Positions 27,562 through 37,422 of a stretch of 64,000 bases of DNA are shown in pieces. Below the pieces are notes generated by a model that did not search any database, was not told the origin of the DNA, and saw only the letters and a program-made list of their open reading frames with translations. This DNA comes from Patescibacteria group bacterium (GTDB taxonomy: Bacteria; Patescibacteriota; Patescibacteriia; JACRDY01), in NCBI GenBank assembly GCA_041671565.1, contig JBAZBH010000003.1, positions 572 through 64,571 of the forward strand, given 5' to 3'. Made by a program: the position numbers and the translations under genes. Each line of letters opens with the position of its first letter. Position 1 is the stretch's first letter.

Positions 27562-28272
27562 ATGCCCAACCGGATTTGCTTAGTTATTCCGACTTATAAC
27601 GAGGCCGCCAATATTAAAACCTTGCTAGCGCGGATTTTTGCTTTAAAGATTAATGAGTTATCGGTGATTATTGTGGATGACGGTTCACCCGACGGCACCG
27701 GTCAGCTGGTTAGCCAGTTGATGATGGAGTGGCCGATTTTTTTAATTTCCCGGCCAGGTAAATTGGGTCTCGGCACGGCTTACATTGTCGGCTTTCAGAA
27801 AGCCTTGGCGCTCGGCGCCGAGCTGATTTTTGGACTGGACGCCGATTTGTCGCACGATCCGGCAGCCATCCCGGAATTTCTCTCGGCCGCCGAAAGCGCT
27901 GATTTGGTGATTGGTTCGCGGCGGGTGGCCGGCGGGCGGATTATCGGCTGGAACGGTTGGCGGCATTTTTGCAGCGCCGGCGCTATGTGGTTCGCTCGGA
28001 CGATGCTAAACCTAAAAACTCGCGATGTCACCAGCGGTTACCGCTGTTACCGCCGAGTCGTCTTGGAAAAAATTGATTTAAACGGCATTCAAAGTAACGG
28101 TTACGCTTTTTTGGAGGAAGTGCTCTATCGCGTCGCCGAAGCCGGTTGGCGGATTAAGGAAATCCCGATTGTCTTCCATGACCGGCGGCAAGGCCAGTCC
28201 AAGCTATCCGGGCGCGAAATCTTCAGTTTTTTTCTGACAATTTTAAGATTAAAGTTTAGCCGCCATGATTAA
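27562..28272 (+). CDS. family 2 glycosyltransferase (dolichol/polyprenol-phosphate mannosyltransferase-like)
   Basis: VIPTYNEAANI, VDDGSPDGT, DADLSHDP motifs. Confidence 0.8.
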   Translation: MPNRICLVIPTYNEAANIKTLLARIFALKINELSVIIVDDGSPDGTGQLVSQLMMEWPIFLISRPGKLGLGTAYIVGFQKALALGAELIFGLDADLSHDPAAIPEFLSAAESADLVIGSRRVAGGRIIGWNGWRHFCSAGAMWFARTMLNLKTRDVTSGYRCYRRVVLEKIDLNGIQSNGYAFLEEVLYRVAEAGWRIKEIPIVFHDRRQGQSKLSGREIFSFFLTILRLKFSRHD

Positions 28273-29752
28273 GCAGTTTTATCAAAAACATCACACTGGC
28301 ATAATCTTGGCGGTTTTAGTTTTGGCCGCTTTGCCGCTGCGGCTCTATCTCCTCCTGCACCGCGGTTCGTTTTGGTTTGACGAGGCGTTTAGTATCCATT
28401 TTGCCGCCCTGGACTGGGGTCGGATTTGGTATTACATGCTCAATGAAAACAACCCGCCCCTGCATATTTTTATTTTGCATTTATTCAGTTTTATTTTTCC
28501 TTTATCCGAGGTGGCGACGCGGCTGCTGTCAATAATCTTTAGCTTGATTTCAATCCCGGTGATTTACGCGCTGGGCAAAAAGATGTTCGCCAGCCGCGAG
28601 GTGGGCTATTGGGCAGCCGGTTTTGTCTCAATTTCGGTTTTACAGCTGCTTTTTAGCGTGGAGGCGAGGCCTTATTCTTTACTATTTCTGCTCTCACTCC
28701 TGTCCACTTACTTCTATTGGGATTTTCTCGGTGGGAAGATAAAATCGAAGTCTTGGTGGCTGTATCTATTTTTTACCCTCGCCTTAGTTTACACCCATCT
28801 TTTCGGCTGGTTGATTGTCGGCACGCAGATTTTAGTTTTAATGATTAATTGGCGCCGTTCGGATTGGCGGAAATTTTTGCCGGCCGTGGCCGCGGTGCTC
28901 GGGGGTTTTCTGATTTGGTATTGGCCGGCCTTTAGCTTAAAAATACAGATGCCTATTAGTCAGGGTTGGTTTTTTAGCACCGATAATTGTTGGTATTTTG
29001 GCTTAAAAAGGATTCAGCAGGCGTTGGTATTTATCGGCGACGGCTGGTGGTATAATCTGATTTTTGGCGGGTTGATTGCCGGGCTCCTGATTTTGGCGCT
29101 ATTTCATTTGCCGCCTAAAAATCAGCGCCCGCCTTTATTTACCGCCGCGATTTGGTATTGTCTGATTCCCTTGATTTTCCCCCTGACTCTTGGTTTTTTG
29201 CCGGCTAAATATTATATTGGCTGTTTTCTCGGCTTATATCTGCTTTTAGCCTTGGGCGCGGTTAATCTGAAATTATCTTGGCGACGACAGCTAATTGCCG
29301 GTGTTTTTCTCTGGCTACTGTTTTTCAACTTTGGTTATAGTATGGCGACTTTTGTCCATCATGACTGGTCGGCCGTCGGCGACTATTTAGCCGAAGAACA
29401 AGCGGTCGGCGCGGAAAAGGTAATTGTCAGCCGGTTTCATTATGGTTTGATGCTGGATTATTACTATCACGGCGATTTGCCGGTGATTGAATTTTTACCG
29501 CTGAAAGGCAAATCAGCCGACGACGATCTGAATTTAATCAAATACAACTGGCTCCATTATTTAAACCAAGATAATATCAATGAACTAACCGCGATTGTTG
29601 GTGACAGTCGGCGAGTGGTGCTGGCGCAAAAAGAAATTAGCACAGAAAAGCTGGTAGAGGAGTGGTTTCGGCAAAACGGCTGGCGGCAATTATCGCGCAA
29701 GAATTTTTTGTTTATGGACGGGTTAGAGGTTTTTCTCTGGGAGAAGCCGTAG
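28265..29752 (+). CDS. GT-C fold membrane glycosyltransferase (ArnT / PMT / GT39-like)
   Basis: Polytopic; first-loop FDEAFSIHFA (DE motif) typical of ArnT/PMT-type transferases; gene overlaps the GT2 gene. Confidence 0.6.
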   Translation: MIKQFYQKHHTGIILAVLVLAALPLRLYLLLHRGSFWFDEAFSIHFAALDWGRIWYYMLNENNPPLHIFILHLFSFIFPLSEVATRLLSIIFSLISIPVIYALGKKMFASREVGYWAAGFVSISVLQLLFSVEARPYSLLFLLSLLSTYFYWDFLGGKIKSKSWWLYLFFTLALVYTHLFGWLIVGTQILVLMINWRRSDWRKFLPAVAAVLGGFLIWYWPAFSLKIQMPISQGWFFSTDNCWYFGLKRIQQALVFIGDGWWYNLIFGGLIAGLLILALFHLPPKNQRPPLFTAAIWYCLIPLIFPLTLGFLPAKYYIGCFLGLYLLLALGAVNLKLSWRRQLIAGVFLWLLFFNFGYSMATFVHHDWSAVGDYLAEEQAVGAEKVIVSRFHYGLMLDYYYHGDLPVIEFLPLKGKSADDDLNLIKYNWLHYLNQDNINELTAIVGDSRRVVLAQKEISTEKLVEEWFRQNGWRQLSRKNFLFMDGLEVFLWEKP

Positions 29753-29826
29753 AATGTGGAATATGGTATATGGTATGTCGTATGCCGCTATATACTATAT
29801 ACCACATGCCATATTCCACATTCCAA
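29753..29826. repeat. palindromic repeat tatggtatatggtatgtcg family (copy 2)
   Basis: See 703-768. Confidence 0.55.
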
Positions 29827-29951
29827 TAGGTTAATAGTAATAAAATTATAAATAAAGCTGATTTTATTAAACAGCAACTGGCTAGATTTTACAAAGGTTT
29901 TATGTTAAACTAAGCTTAAATCCGCCTGTCTGGCGGGATAAATGAAAAATT

Positions 29952-31109
29952 ATGAAAAAGACCTTAATTGGCTTGCTGGTTTTTACCTTATTTTCCTGTT
30001 TAGCGCCAATCAATTCTAGTTTGGCGGCCGTGGATTTAACGCCGGGCGATTTGGTCAAAACGGCTGGCAATTCCACGGTTTATTATTACGGCTATGACGG
30101 CAACCGCCACGCTTTTCCCCTGGAAAAAGTCTTTTATTCCTGGTATGCCGGTTTTGACAGCGTCAGGACGATTAGCGCCAATGATCTAGCTGCTTTGCCT
30201 CTTGGTAAAAGTATTTTAATGAAACCGGGCACTTATTTACTTAAACTAGTGACTGACCCTAAGGTTTACGCAGTGGAACCAGAGGGTAAATTAAGATATA
30301 TCTCGTCGCCGTCTCAAGCCAGCCAGCTTTATGGCGGGTCTTGGGAAAGTTTGATTGTTGATTTACCTGATTCGTTTTACGGTGATTATCAGGACGGCGG
30401 GGCTTTGGAGCTGAACCGCCACCCGACCGGCACGGTTTTTCGCTGGCAAGGCGAGCCGGACAATTATTATTATTTGGTTAATGGCTATGCCCGCAAGTTT
30501 GTTTCTTCGGCTTATTGGCACAGTTACCATTTTAATCCGCGATTTATTAAGGATTTAGCTTATCAGAATTTTCATTACCGCGGTGGCGACAGTATTACTC
30601 AATATCAAGTGGCTTTAGGCGACACAGCCCAGACTCTAATCGGCGCGGAAGCGAAAACCCTAATTAATTATGCCAAGGGTGGCAGTGGCGGCGATGGGTT
30701 GTGGGGTACCTATTATAGCGGCAAAGATTTAACTAATCGGGCCTTTGAACGGCTGGATGGGCAAGTTAATTTTGACTGGGCTAGCGGTTCGCCGGGCAGT
30801 GGACTCGGTAGTGATAATTTCTCTGTCCGCTGGGAAGGCCAAGTAAATGTTAATAGCGACAGCACGGTGACATTTTTTGTCCAGTCCGATGACGGCGCCC
30901 GGCTTTATCTGGATGGCAGTTTGGTGATTGACAGTTGGCAGAATTATCAGCCGAAAGTCAACGGTTGGCATCAGGGCAGTGTTTATTTGACCAGCGGCTC
31001 GCATGATATTAAGCTGGAATATTTTGAAGTGACCGGCGGGGCTTATGTCAAATTATGTTGGAATAAACAAGGCGAGCTAATCCCCCAGGGTAATTTATTC
31101 AGCCGCTAG
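29952..31109 (+). CDS. secreted protein with C-terminal PA14 domain
   Basis: Signal peptide; GLWGTYYSG..FDWASGSPG..FSVRWEGQV..GARLYLDG pattern typical of PA14. Confidence 0.55.
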   Translation: MKKTLIGLLVFTLFSCLAPINSSLAAVDLTPGDLVKTAGNSTVYYYGYDGNRHAFPLEKVFYSWYAGFDSVRTISANDLAALPLGKSILMKPGTYLLKLVTDPKVYAVEPEGKLRYISSPSQASQLYGGSWESLIVDLPDSFYGDYQDGGALELNRHPTGTVFRWQGEPDNYYYLVNGYARKFVSSAYWHSYHFNPRFIKDLAYQNFHYRGGDSITQYQVALGDTAQTLIGAEAKTLINYAKGGSGGDGLWGTYYSGKDLTNRAFERLDGQVNFDWASGSPGSGLGSDNFSVRWEGQVNVNSDSTVTFFVQSDDGARLYLDGSLVIDSWQNYQPKVNGWHQGSVYLTSGSHDIKLEYFEVTGGAYVKLCWNKQGELIPQGNLFSR

Positions 31110-31111
31110 TT

Positions 31112-31528
31112 ATGTATTTACTGATTAATACCACGGTTAATGACCATTTGCTGCTCGGTTTAGCGGACGCCAAAGGTCGCGTCGTCAGCTGGCAAGGCAA
31201 AGAGGTCGGCCGTGAACAAGCGGAAAAGTTGTTGCCGTTCCTTGACCAGTTGCTCCGCGCGCAAAAGTTAAAGCTAAAAAATCTAAAAGGCATAATCGTG
31301 GTCGCCGGTCCGGGCGGCTTTAGCTCGGTGCGACTGGGTCTGGCGCTCGCTAATACCTTGGGTTATAGCTTAAAAATTCCGGTGATAGGTTTAAAAAGCA
31401 GCCAGTTTCCCGATTTAGAAAGTTTATTTCAAGCGGGGATCAAAAAGCTAATTGGCAAGAAATCGTTCGCCTTTGTTCAGCCATTTTACGGCGCTCCACC
31501 ACGGATTACTAAGCCAATTAAGAGATAG
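31112..31528 (+). CDS. tRNA t6A biosynthesis protein TsaB (YeaZ)-like, short form
   Basis: N-terminal LLINTT..LLLGL and VVAGPGGFSSVRLGLALANTL motif. Confidence 0.5.
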   Translation: MYLLINTTVNDHLLLGLADAKGRVVSWQGKEVGREQAEKLLPFLDQLLRAQKLKLKNLKGIIVVAGPGGFSSVRLGLALANTLGYSLKIPVIGLKSSQFPDLESLFQAGIKKLIGKKSFAFVQPFYGAPPRITKPIKR

Positions 31529-31533
31529 TTATT

Positions 31534-33144
31534 ATGGCGCAAGACAAACTATACATTCCTAATTTTATCGTCAAAATGGCGGCGACTTTTAAGGTGGCAG
31601 AAAAGGAAGAGAAAGAGTCATTGGACGACGACACCAAAATTAAAGTCAGCCGGGTGGTCGGCAAGGTTTCGTTGATTTACGAGAAATTACGGAATGTGGT
31701 GGACTATAATGACGAGCATTTACTGCGGAAAAACGCCATTTTTCGGATCCTTAAGCGGTTAATGCTCCTCGAACGCCGGACCGATAAAATCGGCCTGATT
31801 CTTTTGCAAGAGCTGATCCGGATTAATTATCTGCCCAATAACACCATTCCTGAATCGCGGACCAAAGAAGTCGACACGATTATCAAGAAATATCTGGTTC
31901 TGGACGAGATTGGCCACCGGGCCTACAAGTCGCAGGCCGCTTACAAACTGAATGTTTGGTTTTTGCACATTGCCGCTTGCGAGATTGAAGACCTGCTGTT
32001 TGACTTCCATCAGCGCCAGGCGTTGACCCTGGCGATGGTCAAAGTCTTGCGCCAAGATGTCGGCCTGCCGGAGACGATCAATGAAAAAGACCAGCAATTG
32101 CTGTTTAATTTGGCGGTTCTGCGGAGCCTTTTGAAGTCCGACGAAGTGATTTTGTATTATTATCTTTTGTCCGAGCTTTACCCTAATTTTTTGTCGGTCG
32201 AGCCCAATCGCGAAGAATTGACTAAAATGGTTTGTAGCTGGCAGGCGGTGAAGGGGAAAATGGACTATTACCTCAATCACCCTTTCCGTAACAAGCTGGG
32301 CCGGATTGCCAGAAAATACGCCGTGTACTTTTTAATTTTGCGGGATGTCCTGCAGGATGATCCCAAGCAGATTGACCAGATTTTAACCCACCCCAAAGTG
32401 CTGGAAGCTAAAGTCGCCGAGATTTGCCAGCGCCGGTACAAAGAGATCCGCGCCAAAGTGGTGCGCTCGGTGTTTCGCAGTATCGTTTATATTTTTATCA
32501 CCAAAATGGCTTTAGCTTTAGTCTTGGAGGTCCCGGTCGATTACTTTTTGGAGCAGAGCCTAAATTATACGGCCTTGCTGGTGAACATCACTTTTCCGCC
32601 GTTTTTGATGCTGGCGATCAGTTTGTTTATCGTTTTGCCTAAAAAGAAAAACACCGAAAAAATTGCCCAAAAAATCAATGAAATCGTTTACCAATCGGGT
32701 AGCGGCGAGCAAAAATATCAGCTGAAGCCGAAAGAAGGCCGGGGCTCGGTACTCAATCTTTTTTTCCACCTTTTTTACTTTTTGGTTTACGGCCTGACTT
32801 TTGGCGCCGTGGTTTGGTTCTTGCGGTTAATTAATTTTAATTACCTTTCCGGCGCGATTTTCATTTTTTTCCTCTGCGTGGTCAGCTTTTTTGCCGTCAA
32901 TATTCGTTACAAAGCCCGTGAGCTGATTGTCTTGGACCGGAAAGAGGGTTTGATTAACTTTCTTTTCGACCTGTTTTCCTTGCCGATTGTCCGCATCGGC
33001 CAGTGGCTGTCGATTAAAATTTCCAAGATCAATATTTTTGTTTATTTTCTGGATTTCATCGTCGAGGCGCCGTTGAAGATAATTTTGGAGGTGATTGAAC
33101 GGTGGTTTTCGTTTATCAGGGAGAAGAAAGAAGAGATTTACTAA
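31534..33144 (+). CDS. hypothetical polytopic membrane protein (536 aa)
   Basis: Large soluble N-terminal region followed by 4 or more transmembrane helices; no family recognised. Confidence 0.4.
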   Translation: MAQDKLYIPNFIVKMAATFKVAEKEEKESLDDDTKIKVSRVVGKVSLIYEKLRNVVDYNDEHLLRKNAIFRILKRLMLLERRTDKIGLILLQELIRINYLPNNTIPESRTKEVDTIIKKYLVLDEIGHRAYKSQAAYKLNVWFLHIAACEIEDLLFDFHQRQALTLAMVKVLRQDVGLPETINEKDQQLLFNLAVLRSLLKSDEVILYYYLLSELYPNFLSVEPNREELTKMVCSWQAVKGKMDYYLNHPFRNKLGRIARKYAVYFLILRDVLQDDPKQIDQILTHPKVLEAKVAEICQRRYKEIRAKVVRSVFRSIVYIFITKMALALVLEVPVDYFLEQSLNYTALLVNITFPPFLMLAISLFIVLPKKKNTEKIAQKINEIVYQSGSGEQKYQLKPKEGRGSVLNLFFHLFYFLVYGLTFGAVVWFLRLINFNYLSGAIFIFFLCVVSFFAVNIRYKARELIVLDRKEGLINFLFDLFSLPIVRIGQWLSIKISKINIFVYFLDFIVEAPLKIILEVIERWFSFIREKKEEIY

Positions 33145-33264
33145 GATTAAGGAAATTAAATAGCGGAGTAACGGGGCATCTGCCCCGTTGTGCTTTTCGG
33201 AATGACACAGCCTCTGGCTGTGTTTTTTAGTTTGGTAGGATAAATTTTCTTTAGCCCTCGCCGG

Positions 33265-33560
33265 GCAGGCGTTACTTTTGTGACCAAAAGTAACCAAAAG
33301 TCCCGGCCTGCCCGCAATGCTTCGCATAGCAAAGCAGGCGGGGGTGGCAAAAAGCCCGATCTTCGTGGCACCTTTCTACTGCTCGCCCCGCTTCATCCCG
33401 CCAGTCGCGACTGGCGGGACGAGCCTCGCAGTCGCTACCTTTGGTTCTATTACCCCTATATATCGCTTTGCGGCAACATATATTTACTAGTTAGCCGAAA
33501 GGGTCGGTTCGTCTCGGGGCTTTGCCACCCCGGACCCCGATTCTGGTTGGTTTTGTACTT
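33265..33560 (+). ncRNA. candidate structured non-coding element, copy 2 of 2
   Basis: See 18150-18410; differs by internal insertions while the 5' and 3' conserved blocks are near-identical. Confidence 0.35.
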
Positions 33561-33770
33561 TTGAAGGAAAGACACTGTAGAGGAGTGCTCTAATAAAAGT
33601 CACCTTACAGCCTAACCGGCTGTTTTTTTGTTAGCTTTAGCCTAATTTAATTGTGGATAAATCCGAGTGGTTGCTTTTTATAGTTTGGTGGTGTATAATG
33701 GTATGTAGTGGAGGAATGTGGATAAAGGTGGGGAGAACTTAGACAAAGGGGGATAATAAAAATAAGGCTT

Positions 33771-34199
33771 ATGTTTATTGGGGAATATCAGCACAGTTTG
33801 GATGAAAAGGGCCGTTTAGCCATACCGGTTAAGTTTCGCCGCGAACTGGCTAAAGCGGTGGTGACCAAAGGCCTGGACGACTGCTTGGTGATTTATCCGG
33901 CGGCGGAGTGGAAGAAGCTCGCCGATAAACTTGCTTCCTTGCCAATTTCCCAAGCCAATACCCGGGCGTTCTCGCGGCTAATGCTCGCCGGCGCCATGGA
34001 TGTGGCAGTTGACGGCCAGGGGAGAGTCGGCCTGCCGGATTATCTGCGCGAATTTGCCGGCTTAAACAAAAAAGTGATTATTACCGGCCTATATAATCGG
34101 GTGGAAATCTGGGATCAAGCCAAATGGGAGAAATATCGCCAGGGCGTGGAAGGCCAGAGCGGCGAGATTGCCGAGAAACTGGGCGAACTAGGGGTTTAA
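33771..34199 (+). CDS. mraZ: transcriptional regulator MraZ
   Basis: MFIGEYQHSLDEKGRLAIP and a second SpoVT/AbrB-like repeat. Confidence 0.85.
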   Translation: MFIGEYQHSLDEKGRLAIPVKFRRELAKAVVTKGLDDCLVIYPAAEWKKLADKLASLPISQANTRAFSRLMLAGAMDVAVDGQGRVGLPDYLREFAGLNKKVIITGLYNRVEIWDQAKWEKYRQGVEGQSGEIAEKLGELGV

Positions 34200-34219
34200 G
34201 ATCTTTTAAACAAGTTTTT

Positions 34220-35158
34220 ATGCCTAATGTGCATGTGCCGGTGCTTTTGCAGGAGGTAATGGCAGGGTTAGGGCCCCAGGCTGGCCAGTTAATCGTTGAC
34301 GGCACTTTGGGCGGCGGCGGTTACACTCTTGCCATAGCGGCGGCCGGCGCCAAGGTGCTAGCGATTGACCTGGACCAGAGCGCGATTGAAGAATTTAAAA
34401 TCAATAAAGAATATCAAAAGTTTAAAAAACAAATCACACTAGCAAGCGGCAATTTTGCCGATTTAAAAAGCCTTTGCCATGAAAACGGATTTAATCCAAT
34501 CAACGGGTTGGTTCTTGACCTGGGCCTATCATCTAATCAACTGGCAGATCCAGAGCGGGGATTTTCTTTCCAAAGTGAAGGATCTCTGGACTTAAGGTTT
34601 AATCCGGCGGCGAGCCCTTTAACCGCGTTTGAGATAATCAACAGTTATAAAACCGAAGAGTTACAGCAGATTTTTGCGGAATTTGGCGAGGAAACCTTGG
34701 CCCGACCTATCTCCCAGAAAATCGACGAGATGAGGCAATCGGCCAAGATTTCAACGCCAAAAGAGCTAGCCGAGATTGTCAGCGGTGTTTACCACCGGCA
34801 CTTTAAAAAACCGAGCCGCCTGCATCCCGCCACCAAGGTTTTCCAAGCCTTGCGGATTGCGGTCAACGGCGAACTGGACAATTTAATGGCGGTGTTGCCG
34901 GCCGCGCTGGAGCTGTTAACTCCGGGCGGACGGCTGGCAGTTGTCAGTTTTCATTCGTTGGAAGACCGGATCGTGAAAAACTTCTTTCGGACCGCGGCGC
35001 GCGACTGTATATGTCCGGTGGAAGCGCCGGTCTGCCAATGCCACCATACGCCGGAGCTGAAAATATTAACCAAACGACCATTGACTGCCAGCGCTGAAGA
35101 GATCCAGGCCAATCCGCGGGCGCGGAGCGCCAAACTCCGAGTCGCCGAGAAAATTTAG
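34220..35158 (+). CDS. rsmH: 16S rRNA m4C1402 methyltransferase RsmH (MraW)
   Basis: HVPVLLQEV, DGTLGGGGY, LDLGLSSNQL motifs; follows mraZ. Confidence 0.85.
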   Translation: MPNVHVPVLLQEVMAGLGPQAGQLIVDGTLGGGGYTLAIAAAGAKVLAIDLDQSAIEEFKINKEYQKFKKQITLASGNFADLKSLCHENGFNPINGLVLDLGLSSNQLADPERGFSFQSEGSLDLRFNPAASPLTAFEIINSYKTEELQQIFAEFGEETLARPISQKIDEMRQSAKISTPKELAEIVSGVYHRHFKKPSRLHPATKVFQALRIAVNGELDNLMAVLPAALELLTPGGRLAVVSFHSLEDRIVKNFFRTAARDCICPVEAPVCQCHHTPELKILTKRPLTASAEEIQANPRARSAKLRVAEKI

Positions 35159-35185
35159 TCCTAGGGTAACGGGAACTGTCACTTA

Positions 35186-35605
35186 GTGAGAATTCCCGTT
35201 ACTTTGGGCCTAACTATGACCACCTACATCCAAAACAAAAAAACCCACCTTCTCCGCCAAATCGGCGGATTCGGCGGGCAAGCAAAACAAAAAGACAACG
35301 GGCGCGAGACAAGTCGGGTTTTTAGTTATCGGCATTTAAATATCGGTTTAATCTGCCTGATAATTTTGACCGGATTTTTTTATTTAACCCAAGTCAACGC
35401 TTCGGCGGTCAAAGGCTATATTATTGCTGACCTAGGCGCGAAACTGGAAGCGGCCCAGACCGAGAACCGGAAACTGGAGTTAACCAGCCAGTCTTTGCAG
35501 TCAGTTGGTGATTTGGCAGAGAAAACCAAGGAGCTCGGTTTAGTGGACGCCGGTCAGGTGGAATATCTGCAAGCGCCGGGCGGGGTGGTGGCGGTGGCGA
35601 GGTAG
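35186..35605 (+). CDS. FtsL-like cell division protein (single transmembrane helix plus coiled coil)
   Basis: Position after mraZ-rsmH, single transmembrane helix, periplasmic coiled coil. Confidence 0.5.
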   Translation: MRIPVTLGLTMTTYIQNKKTHLLRQIGGFGGQAKQKDNGRETSRVFSYRHLNIGLICLIILTGFFYLTQVNASAVKGYIIADLGAKLEAAQTENRKLELTSQSLQSVGDLAEKTKELGLVDAGQVEYLQAPGGVVAVAR

Positions 35606-35608
35606 GGG

Positions 35609-35690
35609 GTAGCTTGTAGCTTGTAGCTTGTAGCTTGTAGCTTGTAGGTGGTAGGTGGTAGACGGACTAGGTCCGTTTTTTTGTTTGGTA
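35609..35690 (+). terminator. tandem (gtagctt)x5 repeat followed by hairpin acggactaggtccgt plus a T-run
   Basis: Direct repeat then stem-loop and TTTTTTT after ftsL. Confidence 0.5.
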
Positions 35691-35746
35691 AAATAATCAA
35701 AATTGTTATAAAATGTCTAAAATTAGAGTAAAAATAGCTAAAATCA

Positions 35747-35775
35747 TTGACAGAAATATAGTTTTACGCTATGAT
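35747..35775 (+). promoter_or_regulatory. near-consensus promoter TTGACA-17-TATGAT upstream of the DGR target gene
   Basis: Hexamers at 35747-35752 and 35770-35775; AGGAGG ribosome-binding site at 35957-35962 before the ATG at 35970. Confidence 0.5.
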
Positions 35776-35969
35776 AACCAGTTAGTACTTTCAACAAAGA
35801 CAAATTGGTCCTGGCTTTCTTTTGGTTATATTTATACAATAAGTTAATCAAAAGAAGGCCAAGGACAACCCTTTGGCCATTTGTCGTGTCTGTCTGTTAT
35901 TGGCAGTAATATGCTCGGCAATGGGGTCGAGTGTAAAACTGTTTGACAGCAGATGCAGGAGGAAGTCAG

Positions 35970-36584
35970 ATGTCCGATATCACTGTGGAACAGTTGGGCG
36001 AACTTATCGCCCAGGCAAAGTCTAAGGACGGGAAGCCGCCGCGAGTTACTCGCGAAAATCTGCAAACCTTCTTGCGCAATCCAGACGGATTCGTCGCGGG
36101 CGGCACGCAGTATCTCCGTCTCCTCCCAGGCCAGCCGCTCACCATCGGTCCGACCAGCGGTTCCCGAATCATCGCCAATGCGGTCGATGTGTTCAAGGCT
36201 GGTATTGACGGCGATTTCAACAACTGGGGAGTTAACCGACCGGCGAAAGAGACCGAAGAAATGGTGATCAGCCCTCCCTACGAGCTGGTGACCAACGGCA
36301 AATTCGCCGAGATTTTTGGCTCGTTGTCGGCAGACCCGCGCCGACTGTGCTGGACGCAGGACCAGATCATTAAATATGTGGTCACGCACCCTGACCAACT
36401 CGGCGCCAACAGGAACTTTTTTCTGACCGAATCGGGTGGGGAGTTCTTCGTGGTCGATGTGTATGTGTACGACGACGGTCGGCTCAACGCCGATGTCGGC
36501 CGGTTCGACCTTGCCCGTGTCTGGCGCGCCGAGGACCGGCATCGGTTCTTCGCTCCGCAACTGGCGAATCCTTTGGCCGTTTAG
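35970..36584 (+). CDS. DGR target (variable) protein; the variable repeat encodes its C-terminal ~40 residues
   Basis: Last 122 nt of the coding sequence form the VR; good ribosome-binding site; C-terminal FFVVDVYVYDDGRLNADVGRFDLARVWRAEDRHRFFAPQL is the diversified segment. Confidence 0.7.
   Translation: MSDITVEQLGELIAQAKSKDGKPPRVTRENLQTFLRNPDGFVAGGTQYLRLLPGQPLTIGPTSGSRIIANAVDVFKAGIDGDFNNWGVNRPAKETEEMVISPPYELVTNGKFAEIFGSLSADPRRLCWTQDQIIKYVVTHPDQLGANRNFFLTESGGEFFVVDVYVYDDGRLNADVGRFDLARVWRAEDRHRFFAPQLANPLAV
36444..36565 (+). repeat. DGR variable repeat (VR)
   Basis: 122-nt match to 36908-37029 with 16 mismatches, each at a TR adenine (11 A->G, 3 A->C, 2 A->T). Confidence 0.85.
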
Positions 36585-36907
36585 GCCCCTGGACGCTTTG
36601 TCACTCTTTCCCTTGGGCTCTCAAGATGCACATGCACTTGAAGTCCAAGGGATTTTTTTATACAATAACTATGCAGTTTGGAAAATTTGCGGCTACGGCT
36701 TCAAATCAAAACTGTTGAAGATCATTATTCCAGAATTTCGTTGGATATGTCTTGCGAAAGAGTGAAAATGCTTTCCATAATAAAAAACAGCCAGTTGGTG
36801 CCAGCAGCTAGTGGACTTCTATGTCCCAAATAAAATTCAACCCTAAGTCCGTCCGCCAACCGGCGGACGGACAAGGGGCGGTGACTAAAGACGGCTGGTG
36901 GCACATT

Positions 36908-37029
36908 TTCTTCGTGGTCAATGTGAATGTGTACGACGACGGTCAGCTCAACGCCAATGTCAACCGGTTCGACAATGCCAATGTCTGGAACGCCGAGAAC
37001 CGGCATCGGTTCTTCGCTCCACAACTAAC
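36908..37029 (+). repeat. DGR template repeat (TR), rich in AAC/AAT codons in the VR frame
   Basis: Invariant non-A positions and adenine-only differences versus the VR; not inside a credible gene. Confidence 0.85.
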
Positions 37030-37038
37030 TGTTTTCTC

Positions 37039-37422
37039 TCATCTATTATTAGGGGTGGGAGTTTTTTGTAAAAGACCTTTCTTCCACCCGCCCAGCATCC
37101 GACCGATCTCATCTAGTTTTTGAGACAACTCCGTATATTTATCGGTATGGATACATTTGTTTTCCCAAGCCAATTGGATGAAAAATTTCAGAATATCCAG
37201 TCGCGGTATAACCTTACCCAGTCCGACTATTTTTTGTTCTGGCGGCAAGTAGGAAGTGGCATAAGTTAATTCCAGTAAATTAAGAAAAACCGAGTCAATT
37301 TTTTGACCCAGGCCGAAACGCTCTACCTTGGGAAAATTACGATGTAAGACCTGCCAATATTGATAAGCTTCTTTTTCCTTGGTTATTACCACGGGTAATC
37401 CCCGGTTAGTACTAAAAGTCAT
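37039..37422 (-). CDS. avd: Avd-like accessory variability determinant (four-helix-bundle / 23S rRNA IVS protein family)
   Basis: 127 aa; ..YQYWQVLHRNFPKVERFGLGQKIDSVF..LAWENKCI..LSQKLDEIGRMLGGW matches the four-helix-bundle family pattern; lies between the TR and the RT. Confidence 0.6.
   Translation of the reverse strand: MTFSTNRGLPVVITKEKEAYQYWQVLHRNFPKVERFGLGQKIDSVFLNLLELTYATSYLPPEQKIVGLGKVIPRLDILKFFIQLAWENKCIHTDKYTELSQKLDEIGRMLGGWKKGLLQKTPTPNNR

Noticed and set aside
35844-37024. Two minus-strand ORFs (35844-36560 and 36725-37024) with strikingly similar N-terminal protein sequences (MRSEEPMPVLGAPDTGKVEP... / MWSEEPMPVLGVPDIGIVEP...)
   Set aside because: They are antisense translations of the DGR VR and TR. 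Their similarity follows from the VR/TR nucleotide repeat, and they overlap the real target gene.
36821-37123. The + strand ORF (100 aa) covering the template repeat
   Set aside because: TR is a non-coding template in DGRs. This ORF's similarity to the target C-terminus follows from the TR/VR identity. It has no independent start or ribosome-binding-site support.
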